From: Hydrolagus colliei
Lineage: Eukaryota
Length of the DNA: 64,000 nt
NCBI GenBank assembly: GCA_035084275.1
Contig: CM068742.1
Span: 79,174,001-79,238,000, forward strand
Reading direction: 5' to 3'
Under the pieces are notes generated by a model that saw nothing but the letters and a program-made list of their open reading frames with translations, made no database searches and was not told the origin of the DNA. The position numbers and the translations under genes are program-made. Shown here piece after piece: positions 60,384-64,000 of this stretch. Every line of letters begins with the position of its first letter. Position 1 is the first letter of the stretch.

Positions 60384-61869
60384 GTCACAGCATTTTTCAG
60401 TCTTGAGAGAAGAAGCCTCAGAGGTGCTTATCCAGGTGATATAGATATAATAGGGAGCCCAATCTCAGCAACTAATTGGGATTGAACCCATGTGTGGATC
60501 TGGAAACAGTGCACATAATTGGTTAACATGGAAAATACGAATTGTCTATATTGTTAACTGAAAACAAATTTAATCAGAAGTTATACAGTCACTTTAATGC
60601 ACTGTTGTGCCATAACTTTTCTCTCTCTCTCCTCCCTGACTCTCTCTCTCGTATGCTCTCTCTAACTTTCTCTTTTTTTTCTTTCTCTATCTCTCACATG
60701 TTGTCTCTTTTTCTCTGACTGACTCTCACTCCACTGACTGCACATGTAGGAAATTACTAAATTGTACATTTCCCTTGTTTCGGTAAATCACAAACCAAGT
60801 AACACCTGGTTCAGAACTTTCCTTTTAAACCAACATTGCAGCTCCACTTTATTCTGCACCAAACCCCAATGCAGATAAATTGACTGTTACAATTGTCTCA
60901 GCAATCATATCCAATATGCTATAGCAGAGCAATACTGGATGCAGCTGTATTTTGCGGGTATGATGAACTTGAATAGGAATGAATCTGGATATTACTTGGA
61001 TTTTGTCAAGTCTATATCATGCACTTGAGGGAAAATGTTCACCTTTCTCTAACTTCAATTGATCGCAAAGCGAAATCCCCACCTGAACCAAGATTCATAT
61101 ATGTTTCAAAATATTTAATGGATAATTGTTTGGTGCGGTGAGCCCTCTCACTTCTGGGATTTGGCTTTATTTAAATTCAGCCAAAGCTGATGAGTTAAAC
61201 GTCTTCTGTGAGCTACAAGGCTCTTAAGGGGCATGAGTTTGGGCTTTCTTAACCCAATTTCCCGTGTCTAACAGGCACACAGCATAAAACTACCTCGGAT
61301 TTCATACAGATTAGCATAGACATTCAGAACTATTCCTCAGAGGAAGGATAAAGGTGGTTCATGTGCATTGCAGAAAGATAATATTCTTTCAGTAGGGGGT
61401 ACTATTTGGAGCTTGGGGCTGAAACTCCTTATTGTTGAGCAATGGAGGCAGCTTTGCTTTGTATTAACAATGAGCCGAGGATGTTGAATACTGCAAACCT
61501 GAGCATAGGATGTTGTATACTGCAACTGGTGCCAAAAGCAGAAATGTGCTTTATTTCCCAGCAATGAAAATTCCTGATCTCAATGAGCGCAAATAACATT
61601 TACCTTTCCCACTGGGAGGATTTTTCAAAGTGCTAGCCATACTGACTGTGCTGCTGGGGAGCTGAGGGTATGAGGGGAGGAAGGTGTCTGAAAGTTTAGT
61701 CGCAACGTTGGATAGAACGCAGTTGCTAGGGTGACCAGGTCATAGGTACGTACATAAACTTGTGACTTGAACAGTATTATTTTCTCCCCCTTCTACCCCC
61801 ATCTTTATACTTATGGATCTGTTCAGAGATACTTGGTCGCTTTATTGTATAGATATTGGACGTTAGATG

Positions 61870-62325
61870 TAGTCATTAAATTGAAGTCCCTCCTGCCTGT
61901 TCGATTGGACATTAACAATCCAATGGCACTACTCAATAAGAAAAGTTTCTCCTGGTGTCCTGGCTAACAATCCCTCGTGAAATTGCTCATTTGTTCCATG
62001 GCTATTTGCGGGACATTATCATGCACAAATGTGCTGTATGTTAGTCCACAAATACAGTCACTGAACTTCCTGTGGAGTCCTCCTGATATGAAACATGCTG
62101 TACCAAAAGCAAGTATTAATATAAGAGAGAGACCGGGGTTTGATTCCCAGCAGGGCAAAACCTTGTGCAAATTTCCTTAATCTACTTGCCTGGTAATAAT
62201 CTCTCAAGACAAAAAATAATGATTGGGTCACTCAATCCACAACTGTTTATGGGACACTGCTGTGTTGCCATGTCTAGAAGCTGTGAAAAGTGCTATATCA
62301 AAAACAGTGATTATAGTATTATTAA
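61870..62325 (+). mobile_element. DeuSINE-like 3' part followed by a short-subfamily SINE (62124-62325)
   Basis: TGGACATTAACAATCCAATGGCACTA...GGTGTCCTGG; then GGGTTTGATTCCCAGCAGGGCAAAACCTTG. Confidence 0.65.
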
Positions 62326-62539
62326 TATTATTGATTGTTAGCTGATATCCAGTACCTGAGATGAGAACAGCATCTGAGGAAAATTATTTTTTTTACATTT
62401 AAGAAGTGTAAATGAATGGTTGTAGAATCAGGAGTCTCATCTCATAGATTAAGATAAATAATGATTTGATACAGCTTGTTTCATGTCAGGAGAGCATCTT
62501 AAAGTGCTTTGTAGGATTTACCATAAAGTTATGCATACT

Positions 62540-62770
62540 GTATTGTAGGGGATGATCTCAATGGGCATAGATAAACCGAACTTCTAATAATATGTTTAAT
62601 ATGGTCAACCAATCTAGAACAAAGGGGCACAAATTTAAGATCAGAAAAGAAAAGTTGAGATTTAACAAACATTTTTGGAGAGTGTGAACTAAATTATCCA
62701 GAAGATACTGAAAATTTGACGTGTCAGGAAATTCAAAAGAGGAATTAGATAGCAATCGACCAAATAAAAA
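62540..62770 (+). mobile_element. Old CR1 3' remnant
   Basis: GGGGATGATCT, AGAACAAAGGGGCACAAATTTAAGAT (RTKGHKFK), TTCAAAAGAGGAATTAGATAG. Confidence 0.5.
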
Positions 62771-62981
62771 GTTAAAGTCCAGTGCATTTGCATGATTATA
62801 TCTCTAAACATGATGTCATTCACTCCCTCCCTTCATCTCAAAATGCAACACACTGATTACGGTTTTAGACATTGTTCCACTCTCCACCACCTTGGCTTCC
62901 ATCTCCAGCTTGGGGTCCCCTTCATTGTCAAGTGTGTGAGACATCCTCCCAGTGTGAAACAATCATAAATTTTATTTATTA

Positions 62982-64000
62982 AAGTTGGTAAGGAGGCAGA
63001 GGGCATGGGTGATGTACTGAATGAGTACTTTGTCGCTGTCTTCACAAGAGAAGAGGATGCAGCCAATGCTACAGTATTGAAGGAGAGGGTAGAAGAAATG
63101 GATAGGATTAGTAATAAATAGAGCGGAAATACTAAAAAGGTTGACGGCGCTCAAGGTAGATAAGTCACCCAGTCCCGATGGGATGCATTCTAGGTTACTA
63201 AGGGAAGTGTGGGAGCAAATAGCAGAGACTCTGGCCACAATCTTTCAATCTTCCTTGGACACAGGAGTGGTGCCAGAGGACTGGAAGGTTGCTAATGTTA
63301 CTCCTCTGTATAAAAAGGGGCAGAAGGACGAACCTGGGAACTACAGGCCAGTCAGTCTTACGTCAGTAGTGGGCAAACTTCTAGATCTTCACTTAGAAAG
63401 ATATAGGCTAATAAAGGACAGCCAGCATAGATTTGTTAAAGGCAAATCTTGCCTTACAAATCTAATAGAATTTTTCGATGAGGTAACGGAATGGGTGGAC
63501 GAGGGCAGCGCAGTTGATGCAGTTTACATGGATTTTCAAAAGACATTTGACAAAGTGCCACATGAGAGGCTTAGTAGGAAAGTAGCGGCCCACGCCGTTA
63601 AAGGAACAGTGGCAGCATGGATCCACAACTGGCTGTAAGACAGAAAGCAGAGAGTTGTGGTGAGCAGCTGTTTTTCAGATTAGAGGGAAGTGTGCAGTGA
63701 TCACACCCACTTTTTGGGACCACTATTCTTCCGAATATATATTAATGATCTGGACTTGGGTATAGGGAGCACAGTTTCCAAGTTTGCAGATGATACTAAG
63801 TTAGGAAGAAGAGTAAATAGTGAGGAGGATAGTAACCATCTACAAGAAGATTTAGATAAAATGGTAAAGTGGGCAGACACATGGCAGATGAAGTTTAATG
63901 CAGAGAAGTGTGAGGTGTTACGTTTTGGGAGAAGAAATGAGGGGAGGCAATATAGGCTAGATGGTACCATTTTAAGGGGTGTGAGGGGACAGAGAGCCTG
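62982..64000 (+). mobile_element. CR1 LINE ORF2 reverse-transcriptase region (decayed, runs off the window)
   Basis: LNEYFVAVFT, KSPSPDGMH, PEDWKVANVTPLYKKG, NYRPVSLTSVVGK, SCLTNLIEFF, VYMDFQKTFDKVPH, FADDTKLG; in-frame stops and deletions. Confidence 0.93.

Overview
Vertebrate genomic DNA, most likely from a cartilaginous fish; the repeat families resemble those of the chimaera/elephant shark (inference from recall, not a database search). The only host gene is the 3' end of an Eph receptor, best matching EPHA5 (+ strand): the last two coding exons (1834-1989, 3167-3272) encode the SAM domain and C-terminal PDZ-binding tail, followed by a probable ~3.6 kb 3' UTR. The remaining ~57 kb is a gene-poor interval of tRNA-derived SINEs (long and short subfamilies), older DeuSINE/SacSINE-like SINEs, L2 and CR1 LINE fragments, a decayed hAT transposase and two intact MITEs. 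The most notable observation is a family of short Penelope-like elements carrying minimal hammerhead-ribozyme motifs; one copy forms a 100-bp hairpin with a 15-bp TSD inside the EPHA5 3' UTR. Other notable features are a multi-level nested insertion (CR1 > SINE > L2 plus an unclassified insert), covarying SINE/L2 3' stem-loops and clusters of perfect short palindromes. Repeat family names are by recognition and need RepeatMasker/Dfam confirmation; boundaries of old repeats are approximate.
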